Source: a virus
Taxonomy: Duplodnaviria > Caudoviricetes
Direction: 5' to 3' (one strand)
Virus record (IMG/VR): IMGVR_UViG_3300032295_000393
Location: 1 to 51,779 of that record
Length of the DNA: 51,779 nt
The position numbers were made by a program, and so were the translations under genes. Below are positions 36,919 to 44,709 of the stretch, in pieces. The notes beneath the pieces were generated by a model. That model did no database searches. It worked only from the letters and a program-made list of their open reading frames with translations, and was not told the origin of the DNA. Position 1 is the stretch's first letter. Each line of letters begins with the position of its first letter.

Positions 36919-37842
36919 TTACTTGAGGCTGATGAATGGTGTTGCACCGCCAGCCATTGTTGTTGGGAGGTTGCCGTCCCACTTCTCAATCGCTTTAAGT
37001 TGCACATAGCTTGCGCCGCCTTGGCTGTTGATGGCTTGAGTTTCAATCTGAATTGCCTTGGCACGACCCTCTGCTTTGGCAATCTCTTGCTTGGCTTCGA
37101 CCTCAATGCGCTGTAAGTCCTGCTCTGCCTTCAGCTTGCTCTGCATGGCAATGACCTTGGCTTCAATTGCCCTTTGGTACTCTGCGCTGAACCCAAAGTT
37201 AACTAAGCTGATGTCGCCAACCAACACGCCGTACTTAACCAGCTTCCCCGCCAAATCCTCCTTAACCCGAGAAGACACCACATCACGCTTGGTAATCAAT
37301 TCTTCGCTGGTGTAGTGGGCGGTGATGGCTTTCAATGACTCGCTCATGGCGGGAAACACTACACGGTCTTGCAGGTCAAGCCCAAACTCCTTATAGATGT
37401 GTGCGGCTTGGGAGCCGTCCAATCGGTAGTTCAACACAATGTCCGTGTGAATTTGTTGCAAGTCCTTTGTTCCTGCGCTGGCTTTGTTAATGCGGTATGC
37501 AGTCAAGCGCACCTCAACCTCTTTGATGCGAGACAAAGGATTGATCAAGTGAATACCTTCAGCCAGCGTAACCTGATTGACCTGACCAAAAGTTACCTGT
37601 ACGCCAATGTGACCGGCGGGTATGACCGCAATGGACTCAAAGCCAATAACCAAACCAATCACAGCCGCAGAGATGCAGGACGGCAGTGCCCTGTTAAATA
37701 CAGGCTCCACCGCAGTGAACGTCTGTCCAACCCTAGAGTATTGATCTTTCAAGCGCACCCACTTGGAAAGCTCCTGACGGTGATAAACATAAAACCCAAC
37801 AAAAATACTAACAGCCAAAATGATTGAAAAAATAATTAACAT
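36919..37842 (-). CDS. SPFH / band-7 / prohibitin-family membrane protein
   Basis: N-terminal TMs; IPAGHIGVQVTFG, TKDLQ, FGFSAEYQRAIEAK and IEKWDGNLP. Confidence 0.9.
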   Translation of the reverse strand: MLIIFSIILAVSIFVGFYVYHRQELSKWVRLKDQYSRVGQTFTAVEPVFNRALPSCISAAVIGLVIGFESIAVIPAGHIGVQVTFGQVNQVTLAEGIHLINPLSRIKEVEVRLTAYRINKASAGTKDLQQIHTDIVLNYRLDGSQAAHIYKEFGLDLQDRVVFPAMSESLKAITAHYTSEELITKRDVVSSRVKEDLAGKLVKYGVLVGDISLVNFGFSAEYQRAIEAKVIAMQSKLKAEQDLQRIEVEAKQEIAKAEGRAKAIQIETQAINSQGGASYVQLKAIEKWDGNLPTTMAGGATPFISLK

Positions 37843-38024
37843 GATTGCTCCTTGTTTAAACTGTCTATGATTTCTTTTACTCGTTTGCCAAGCCCAACAT
37901 ACAAGCCTGACTCATCTTTTTCTAACTCTTTGCACCGACCTCTAGCGTAATCAAGCCAACCCTTTGTCATAGCCATCTTGGCAATCCATTGGGCAGTTTG
38001 TTCAAACTCTTCGGCATTGTTCAT
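37836..38024 (-). CDS. Hypothetical protein
   Basis: Coupled ORF. Confidence 0.6.
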   Translation of the reverse strand: MNNAEEFEQTAQWIAKMAMTKGWLDYARGRCKELEKDESGLYVGLGKRVKEIIDSLNKEQSC

Positions 38025-38233
38025 TTGCGCTTGCGCTTTGCAGAGGCGATACCCACACCAGCCGACCTTGCCGCCATAAACCAGTCAGCCACCTCAAAGG
38101 ACATGGCGCAAAGATTGGCTTGTGCGCTTGCCTCTTTTAAGTCATCTGCCTCGTCCTTTGACTTCAAAATAAGACCGACCATTGCAAACATCGCCGCCAA
38201 GTCACGCAAGTTCTCTTGATGTTCTTCGCTCAT
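38021..38233 (-). CDS. Hypothetical protein (distant relative of 36042)
   Basis: LRDLAAMFAM...FEVADWFMAAR resembles LRDYFAAQAM...AYEIADAMLKAR. Confidence 0.65.
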   Translation of the reverse strand: MSEEHQENLRDLAAMFAMVGLILKSKDEADDLKEASAQANLCAMSFEVADWFMAARSAGVGIASAKRKRK

Positions 38234-38547
38234 TTTGAAACCTTTGAGCGTTTAAACTGCAAGAGTTGATCGCACACCAACTGACCGAACGACTTGCCTG
38301 ATGGGAACATCATCTTTGCGCCCTCTGTGCCTTTGACGATTTGTATTGCCGCATCAATGCCAGCGTTGTAGCCGTTGTGGAATGGATCATTCGATGGGGA
38401 CATGAACGCATTGAACGCATCTCTAGCCACCTGACTTACCGACAGGTTTCGATCAATCGCATACAGCTTTAGCTTCATCGGCTGATCGGGTTCTAGGTAG
38501 ACCATCAATGGAACAATCGATTTAAAACGACTCTTGGGATTGCTCAT
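38230..38547 (-). CDS. Putative ribbon-helix-helix DNA-binding protein
   Basis: GGAGG RBS, start MSNPK; PLMVYL...KLKLYA...SVSQVARDA. Confidence 0.55.
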   Translation of the reverse strand: MSNPKSRFKSIVPLMVYLEPDQPMKLKLYAIDRNLSVSQVARDAFNAFMSPSNDPFHNGYNAGIDAAIQIVKGTEGAKMMFPSGKSFGQLVCDQLLQFKRSKVSK

Positions 38548-38926
38548 ATTCCTCCAGCATTTCATCAAACTTTGTTTGAGCCTCAATGTTTCCATTGAGT
38601 TCGGTTCTTGATGCAATACCGCATCTGCTGTACAGGTAGTTGATTGCCGTCTCCTCAAGCACGATGTTTAAATCAAGTTGCGATCCAACCCAGTCTTGGA
38701 ACTCTTTGCTTCTGCAAAGCTTTCCAGCAGTCTTGACTCGGTTGTCGTACACCCTTGCAGTCTCATCGGACTCAATGCGAGCCATAGCAACGCCGTACCT
38801 TGTCCCTACAAAATCCCTAAGCAACTCGTCAGGGATTTCGTCAGGATGGATGGTTAGCGTCAGAACGTAACCAGTCCGATCCTGTTTGAGGGCAATCTTG
38901 ATACCTTCAAATTGCAGTGCGTTCAT
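38522..38926 (-). CDS. Conserved hypothetical protein
   Basis: FEGIKIALKQ...LTIHPDEIP...CGIASRTEL. Confidence 0.7.
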   Translation of the reverse strand: MNALQFEGIKIALKQDRTGYVLTLTIHPDEIPDELLRDFVGTRYGVAMARIESDETARVYDNRVKTAGKLCRSKEFQDWVGSQLDLNIVLEETAINYLYSRCGIASRTELNGNIEAQTKFDEMLEEYEQSQESF

Positions 38927-39192
38927 TTGTCTGTACGCATCGAATCAATTTTGGACTCAAGGTAATCGATCACTGTGCGGTATTGAGCGGCTTGATGCTC
39001 AAGGCTTGAGATCTTTATCACCATTGCCTGTGCAAATTCTTGGAGGTCAAGAAAATCTTTGGCTGGATCTGCTTGCTTGGCCTCCTTTCGACTTCTCGCC
39101 TTTTCCTCTCGCACAGAACGTGCATGAGCGGCTCTCGCACGAGCATCCTCCAATTGCTGTTTTGTTTTGTTTTTTCTTTTGGTGCTGATCAT
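38923..39192 (-). CDS. Hypothetical basic coiled-coil protein
   Basis: In-operon ORF; start uncertain (39192 or 39216). Confidence 0.55.
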   Translation of the reverse strand: MISTKRKNKTKQQLEDARARAAHARSVREEKARSRKEAKQADPAKDFLDLQEFAQAMVIKISSLEHQAAQYRTVIDYLESKIDSMRTDK

Positions 39193-39199
39193 TGTGATT

Positions 39200-39511
39200 T
39201 CAGAAAGGGATGTCATCGTCTTGCTCCTGATGCTGAGGTTGAACATTATTTGTTTTGGGCGATTGCTCTTGTTCGGGCGTGTAGTTGTTGAGCTTTAAAG
39301 ACAGGTAGCTTTTGCCTGACTTGTCAACAGACTTCCATCCTGAGATTCGGAATTCAACTTCGTTGTTGACGATCTTGACGGAGTTCAAATTAAGTTTAAA
39401 CGAGCCAAAGTAATCAGGCGACTCTGCTCTCTTCTTTACCTCTGTCTTGCGTAGTGAGCCTGTGTCAGGCTTTACTTCGTATGGCTTGTCGTACTTGGGG
39501 GTGTTATACAT
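39200..39511 (-). CDS. Single-stranded DNA-binding protein (DUF736-like)
   Basis: Start MYNT with GGAG RBS; PDYFG...SGW...KSYLSL; acidic tail DDDIPF. Confidence 0.75.
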   Translation of the reverse strand: MYNTPKYDKPYEVKPDTGSLRKTEVKKRAESPDYFGSFKLNLNSVKIVNNEVEFRISGWKSVDKSGKSYLSLKLNNYTPEQEQSPKTNNVQPQHQEQDDDIPF

Positions 39512-40235
39512 CTGTGGCTCCAATGCTTTCTGAAAGTTGCTTTTTGATTTCTGCAAATGCTTTTTGCAGTCCTTTGAACAGACTGGGTTCTTCGTCCTTG
39601 ATCTGATCGATTCGCCCTTGGTTTTGTTTCCACAGCTTGGCGAGGTCTGTGAGTGTTGTGCTTGCCTGAGCAAGCTCAATCAAACCCTCAACAAAGAGTT
39701 TTGATTCGGTGTGACCAACAATTGGCTTCTTACTGGGAACTGGCTGGATTACCTCGCCTGTCGGCTGACCCTGTGGTGAGCCTGTCACGCTCTCAAGCGC
39801 ATCATGCTCAACGATAGCCATCGCCGTGACATACAGGTATCTCCGCTGGTAGGTTTCAACAGCACCGAGGTTCTGAATGGGGTGACATCCTTTCAACTGA
39901 GCGTCAGCCATAGGCGATGTAAACGTCACGCACGATCCATCGATCACATCGTAGATGGTCATGGTTGCCATGTCGGGCGTGAAGCTGATGACATCAACCA
40001 AGCCCCACTTGTTGAAAGCCACTTGGATCGCTGGCAAAAAGTCCCCAAGCTCAAAGTAGCTGTAGCCAGCAAACTTGTTGTGACCCGACTTCTTGATCGG
40101 CATTGTTTGAAACTCTGCACGAGCGGCGATGAGTCGGGCAAGCACCCCACGCTTACCACTCATGCCCATCAACACCAACTGGTCTGAATGACTCACGCTT
40201 GGATCAAACGCCATCGCTTCATTTTCATTCGTCAT
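39504..40235 (-). CDS. erf: ERF-family ssDNA annealing protein
   Basis: KSGHNKFAGYSYFEL...QNLGAVETYQRRY...EHD. Confidence 0.85.
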   Translation of the reverse strand: MTNENEAMAFDPSVSHSDQLVLMGMSGKRGVLARLIAARAEFQTMPIKKSGHNKFAGYSYFELGDFLPAIQVAFNKWGLVDVISFTPDMATMTIYDVIDGSCVTFTSPMADAQLKGCHPIQNLGAVETYQRRYLYVTAMAIVEHDALESVTGSPQGQPTGEVIQPVPSKKPIVGHTESKLFVEGLIELAQASTTLTDLAKLWKQNQGRIDQIKDEEPSLFKGLQKAFAEIKKQLSESIGATDV

Positions 40236-41118
40236 TTTGTTGCTCCTTCAAATAGGATTGATACTGTGAACACCACTTGCTGACACCGCAATAATCTTGC
40301 GTACAGCGCACAGGTTCGGCTTTGCGGATTTCTATGAACCCTTTGTCCTTTGCTGGAATCGTTGCCAGCAAGTCGTTTGCTTCGTTCATCGTGTCAAAAA
40401 CACGAACAGCAGTCTTGCGTCCTTCTTTCTTGACTGCAAATTTGGGGTCACGCATCCAGCGATCCTCGTCAGTGCATGGGGGCAACTCATCACCCCAGTC
40501 TGCGCTGACCTTTGAATCACGGTGCATCTCGACACGCCTTTCGATAAAGCTCTCTGTGAAGCTCTTGTCCCAAATCGGAATGTCAACCACTTGAATGGGC
40601 GCTTGTGGGTATGTGTCTTTCCTGTCAGCCTCACGCCGTGACCAATCACGAACGATGGCAATGATCTTCAAGCCCTTGACCTTCTTGCCCTTGGCTTTCT
40701 CCACGATGTAGCCGTAGATGTTTTGTTGCTCTGCCCACTCAGGCTTCTCGTTCATCAGCGCCCACGCAGAGGTGAACTTGTAGTCCATGATGATGATGCC
40801 GTCCTCGTCAATCTGCTGGACATCGACTGCACCTGACAAGCGAACGCCATTCACATCAATGGTGAGTCGCTCTTCGTTCGTATAGTTGTCGATGACCGAA
40901 CGCTCCATGACAACGTGCAGAGCGGAGCCAACGATTGACCACCACATATCGGTGACATCCGTTTCCATTTCGTCATCATGTTTTTTGCGTAGCCGCTGAA
41001 TGCGGGGCGGTGAAATTATTTCGGTGACTGAGTAGTCAGCCGCACCCTTGCTGTAATACTGTTTGTTCGCAAGAGCGTATAGTGGTTCGGGTAAACCAAA
41101 CTTGTTCGTCACTTTCAT
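40225..41118 (-). CDS. PD-(D/E)xK exonuclease (RecB/Cas4-like)
   Basis: GSALH...LSGAVD...DYKFT...QQNIY; C-terminal Cys cluster (C...RC..YC.VS.WC). Confidence 0.85.
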   Translation of the reverse strand: MKVTNKFGLPEPLYALANKQYYSKGAADYSVTEIISPPRIQRLRKKHDDEMETDVTDMWWSIVGSALHVVMERSVIDNYTNEERLTIDVNGVRLSGAVDVQQIDEDGIIIMDYKFTSAWALMNEKPEWAEQQNIYGYIVEKAKGKKVKGLKIIAIVRDWSRREADRKDTYPQAPIQVVDIPIWDKSFTESFIERRVEMHRDSKVSADWGDELPPCTDEDRWMRDPKFAVKKEGRKTAVRVFDTMNEANDLLATIPAKDKGFIEIRKAEPVRCTQDYCGVSKWCSQYQSYLKEQQNDE

Positions 41119-41151
41119 GGAGCCTCCTTGATTGATAAAATGCGAACGCTT

Positions 41152-41180
41152 ATGCTAACACGAGAAAATTAACCATGCAA
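41152..41180 (-). promoter_or_regulatory. Sigma70-like promoter of the recombination operon
   Basis: Minus strand TTGCAT-17 bp-TAGCAT with extended -10 TG. The -35 overlaps the rusA start codon. It has the same -10 as the 50370 promoter. Confidence 0.6.
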
Positions 41181-41543
41181 ACACTTTCGTTAAAAATTTT
41201 TGGTGAGCCAGCAAGTAAAGCCAACAGTCGCAGGGCGGTGATGGTCAACGGCAAATCAATGTTCATCAAATCCGCAAAGGCGTTGGGCTATGCCAAGATG
41301 TTTAAACAACAAGCTGTTGTGCCGCCTTTGTTGAAATTTCTTTCGGAGGATGTCGCTGTTGTGATTCGCATTTGGTATGCATCAAGGCGACCTGATTTGG
41401 ATGAGTCGCTGATCCTCGACCTGTTGCAGGATGTTGCTTACCTCAACGATAGACAAGTCAAAGAGAAGCACATCTACTGGATGGGTGTAGACAAAGAGAA
41501 CCCTCGTTGCGAGATTGAGGTCAGCCCCATACAGACAAAATAA
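41175..41543 (+). CDS. rusA: RusA-like Holliday junction resolvase
   Basis: GEPASKANSRR, RRPDLD, D..Q...Y.NDRQV and NPRCEI. Confidence 0.8.
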   Translation: MQTLSLKIFGEPASKANSRRAVMVNGKSMFIKSAKALGYAKMFKQQAVVPPLLKFLSEDVAVVIRIWYASRRPDLDESLILDLLQDVAYLNDRQVKEKHIYWMGVDKENPRCEIEVSPIQTK

Positions 41544-41614
41544 AAGCCACCTCAAGGGTGGCTTCTACCGATCTTTCGATCTGCTATACAGGAGGCTTAA
41601 TCATGTCTAGGTGC
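41537..41614 (-). ncRNA. Candidate small RNA B (about 75 nt) with anti-RBS loop UGAUUAAGCCUCC
   Basis: Own promoter (41619-41646) and own terminator (AAGCCACC/GGTGGCTT plus TTTTATTTT on the minus strand). The loop is complementary to GGAGGCTT RBSs elsewhere in the genome. Confidence 0.7.
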
Positions 41615-41618
41615 GTGA

Positions 41619-41646
41619 ATTGTAGCCCCGCTATCACTCGTGTCAA
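41619..41646 (-). promoter_or_regulatory. Near-consensus sigma70 promoter for sRNA B
   Basis: Minus strand TTGACA-16 bp-TACAAT. Confidence 0.75.
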
Positions 41647-41681
41647 CACTCGTTCGCAAAATATTTTGGGATAATGCGATT

Positions 41682-41758
41682 GCAGTTGCCGTTTGTTTTT
41701 TCAATGCTTTCTGAACGGCAATCTTTGAGAGATGTTTAAACGCATCTCTCTTTTTTTT
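41682..41758 (+). ncRNA. Candidate small RNA A (about 77 nt)
   Basis: Extended -10 TGgGATAAT (41667-41675). Stem GTTGCCGTT/AACGGCAAT with a 20-nt U-rich loop, then terminator GAGAGATG/CATCTCTC plus T8. Confidence 0.65.
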
Positions 41759-41885
41759 GTCTGGAGTTTCTGGCGTTTGCCGGGAAAACTGCTCCGGGGT
41801 TGATTTGCAATTGTTTAAACAGCGCACAAAAATATTTTGCGCTTACCCCATTGTGTCGCCCCTGTTTCGTGGATTAAGATTCACT

Positions 41886-42096
41886 CCTCTTTTGATCGTT
41901 GGGAGAAATCGACAGCAGGGTCAAGAGGTTTATTGTCGGTACTGTTGGAAGTGCATTAGATACCGAAGGGGGTGGCGAAGACAGAGCCCCTTGCACGAGA
42001 AGTCTGTCGGGGCGCATCATGCGTGAAGGCTCATCTAGGATAGGCTAGGTGCGCCTTGCGCTCCCCCAAGGGGGGCGCAAAGAGTTGATATCAACT
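41886..42096 (+). other. Highly structured non-coding segment upstream of HNH/primase (ncRNA leader or replication origin)
   Basis: Promoter-like TTGTGT-18-TAAGAT at 41851-41880, at least five hairpins, a possible pseudoknot and the 14-bp palindrome AGTTGATATCAACT. Confidence 0.5.
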
Positions 42097-42118
42097 ACAT
42101 ACAAATTGGAAATCTCAT

Positions 42119-42394
42119 ATGCCTTATGTGAACAAAGCAAGACCTTACAAAAAAGAATATGAGCAACAGCTTGGGCGTAGTGAACAACCAAAGCGCAATG
42201 CGAGAGAACGTGCAAGGTATGAGATGGACAAGAATGGTGTTGACCGCAAGGGTAAAGACATCGACCATGTAGTGCCACTATCCAAGGGAGGAACCAACGC
42301 ACCATCAAACTTGAAATTAAAAACACCATCAAAGAATCGATCATTCACACGCAACAGTGACCACACTGTCAAAGTGAACAGACCGAAAAAGTAA
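42119..42394 (+). CDS. Small HNH endonuclease
   Basis: GKDIDHVVPLSKGGTNAPSNL...NRS. Confidence 0.8.
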   Translation: MPYVNKARPYKKEYEQQLGRSEQPKRNARERARYEMDKNGVDRKGKDIDHVVPLSKGGTNAPSNLKLKTPSKNRSFTRNSDHTVKVNRPKK

Positions 42395-42409
42395 ATCATC
42401 AGGAGGCTT

Positions 42410-44131
42410 ATGAAATTTGCAGGATCATCTGCAATGAGTGGCATCGACCATCTCGTTGCGTCAATTGCGGCACACAAACCCGAACGTGCCGTCTGTCCCG
42501 AATGCTCTGACGAGCGTTCAAAAAAAGGCGATAAAGATTTAGCCATTCACCCGAAAGAGCGTGGATGGACTTACCACTGCCATCACTGCCACATCGGCGG
42601 TTTCGTCTTCTTCCCATCAAATCAAATTCAACCGCCCAAGCGTCAGGAGCAAAACGTGATTCCACTCAGAGCCTTTCAACAAACACAACTTGAACCACAG
42701 CACTTTGCATTTTTGAAAGCACGAGGGATATCAGAACAGACCGCCCTTGACATGAAGTTGTTTGCCGCAAATAAATATTTCAATCGAATCCAAAAACAAA
42801 CTGATGCAATCGGTTTTCCTTATTTCAAAAATGGTCAGTACATCAATGCGAAGTATCGAAGTATTGAATCGAAGGACTTTACGCAAGACACAGGAGGCGC
42901 TCATGTATTCTTTGCAATTGACAAGGTTGATCCAACCAAGCCGATGATCATCGTGGAGGGCGAAATAGATGCACTGACATTGATTGAATGCGGCATTGAG
43001 AATGTTGTCAGCGTCCCTGCTGGCGCTCCCATCAAAGTCAGCGATGGCAAGGTTGCACCAAGCGAGGATAAAAAATTCAGTTTTATTTGGGATGCATTTG
43101 AAACAATTGAAAAGCTCCCCTACGTTGTCATTGCAGTTGATACCGACACTGCTGGTCAAGCCCTTGCAGAAGAGTTGGCAAGACGCATAGGCAAAGACAA
43201 ATGCCGCATCGCCAAATCAGAGTTCAAAGATTTAAACGAGGCTTTCCTTGCAGAAGGGGCGACCAAGGTTAAAGAAATTATTGATGCCGCAGAGCCGTAC
43301 CCAGTTGCTGGCTTGTCGTCCGCCACAAAATTTGAAGACCGTTTAAACGATCTGTGGAGCAAAGGCACGGGCAAGGGTGTATCGACCGGCTACTCAAACG
43401 TGGATCAGATTTACACCGTGGCTGAAGGTCAACTCACCATCGTGACAGGCTACCCATCCAGCGGCAAATCAAATTTCGTTGATCAACTTATGGTCAACCT
43501 CGGGCGATCCAATGATTGGAAGTTCGCCCTTTGTTCATTTGAGAACGCACCCGAAGTTCACATCTCCCGCCTGATGGAGATTTACAAAGAGAAGCGATTC
43601 TTTGAAGGCACAAATCGGATGACAGACGATGACCGCAAAGATGCCTTTGATTGGGTGCAACAGCATTTTTTATTCTTGGACTCAGAGGGCGTTGAACCAG
43701 CGTCAATTGATTCGATATTGGATCGGGCAAGGATTGCAGTTGTTCGCATGGGCATACGAGGGCTGGTGGTTGACCCCTACAACTACATTGAAAATAAATC
43801 AGGCATGGCAGAGACAGAGTTCATATCGTCCATGCTGACCCGCATACAAGCGTTCGCAAAGGCTTATGGAGTCCATGTGTGGTTCGTGGCTCACCCAGCC
43901 AAAATAACTCGCTCAGGCATGGATTTACCTCGTCCTGACGGCATGGCTATCAGTGGATCAATGGCGTGGTGGGCAAAGGCTGATTGCGGCATGACCGTGC
44001 ATAGAACCAAGACCAACGATGTTGAGATTGCGATTTGGAAATGTAGGTATCGGTGGGTTGGAACGCAAGGCGAAACCCAGTTGAATTATGAAAAGGTCAC
44101 CGGAACGTACAAAGTGGCTGATGACTTCTAA
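42410..44131 (+). CDS. Primase-helicase (T7 gp4/Twinkle-like)
   Basis: Zn finger CPEC...CHHC, TOPRIM EGEIDAL and DTD, Walker A GYPSSGKS, VVDPYN, VAHP and ISGS. Confidence 0.92.
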   Translation: MKFAGSSAMSGIDHLVASIAAHKPERAVCPECSDERSKKGDKDLAIHPKERGWTYHCHHCHIGGFVFFPSNQIQPPKRQEQNVIPLRAFQQTQLEPQHFAFLKARGISEQTALDMKLFAANKYFNRIQKQTDAIGFPYFKNGQYINAKYRSIESKDFTQDTGGAHVFFAIDKVDPTKPMIIVEGEIDALTLIECGIENVVSVPAGAPIKVSDGKVAPSEDKKFSFIWDAFETIEKLPYVVIAVDTDTAGQALAEELARRIGKDKCRIAKSEFKDLNEAFLAEGATKVKEIIDAAEPYPVAGLSSATKFEDRLNDLWSKGTGKGVSTGYSNVDQIYTVAEGQLTIVTGYPSSGKSNFVDQLMVNLGRSNDWKFALCSFENAPEVHISRLMEIYKEKRFFEGTNRMTDDDRKDAFDWVQQHFLFLDSEGVEPASIDSILDRARIAVVRMGIRGLVVDPYNYIENKSGMAETEFISSMLTRIQAFAKAYGVHVWFVAHPAKITRSGMDLPRPDGMAISGSMAWWAKADCGMTVHRTKTNDVEIAIWKCRYRWVGTQGETQLNYEKVTGTYKVADDF

Positions 44132-44160
44132 AGCGTTTAAACGCTGAGTGTTTTCAGGGC

Positions 44161-44199
44161 AAAAAAAATCCCCCCGAAGCCGTGGAGCTAAGGGGGGAA
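44161..44199 (-). terminator. Intrinsic terminator of the early operon
   Basis: Minus strand TCCCCCC...GGGGGA hairpin followed by T8; converges on the primase gene end. Confidence 0.75.
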
Positions 44200-44210
44200 C
44201 TGGTCAGAAT

Positions 44211-44456
44211 TTAGTGAATGGGTGAATCCTCGTCAGGCATCTCGCTTGCGTACTTCACGGTGATGCTGGTGACAACAGCTTTCAAAATGTTCGTGAGGTC
44301 TACGCCCGACTCGAATGCGGTATCCGCAAGCAGGGACGCAAGCATAGGCAAGATGACCTTTATCTCGTGACCCTCAAGAACATCGCAGACTTTGTCTCTG
44401 AGTTCTATGTAGGTGTCGAAGTGCTTTTCAATTTCTTCTTGGGTTAATTCACTCAT
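44211..44456 (-). CDS. Hypothetical acidic protein
   Basis: AAGGA RBS; clean ORF. Confidence 0.65.
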   Translation of the reverse strand: MSELTQEEIEKHFDTYIELRDKVCDVLEGHEIKVILPMLASLLADTAFESGVDLTNILKAVVTSITVKYASEMPDEDSPIH

Positions 44457-44471
44457 GATGTTTTCCTTTGT

Positions 44472-44666
44472 TTAGTTTTGCTTGTTGAAGTAATCGCCTA
44501 GTGGACGGCTAAATTTTTGTGGGTTGCGACCCATCTGCATACCAAGACCGAAGACGGCATCCTCTCTATTTTTTGCGGTGAATCCAAGACCCAGCCTGCC
44601 GATCTCATCACGATATTCTGCCCTCCACATTTTCAGTGTCTGTATGTATTCGACTTTGATTCCCAT
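44472..44666 (-). CDS. Hypothetical protein
   Basis: AAGGAAAG RBS. Confidence 0.65.
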   Translation of the reverse strand: MGIKVEYIQTLKMWRAEYRDEIGRLGLGFTAKNREDAVFGLGMQMGRNPQKFSRPLGDYFNKQN

Positions 44667-44709
44667 GATGCTTTCCTTTTTAAAAGATGGGGAGCAGGCT
44701 CCCCTTGGT

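Noticed and set aside
40225-41118. Cas4-like nuclease as part of a CRISPR-Cas system
   Set aside because: No array or other cas genes; the exonuclease-ERF-SSB context is a standard recombination module
41597-42026. ORFs 41597-41827 (-) and 41757-42026 (+)
   Set aside because: No convincing RBS or motifs, and they overlap promoter, terminator and hairpin elements, so they are probably spurious
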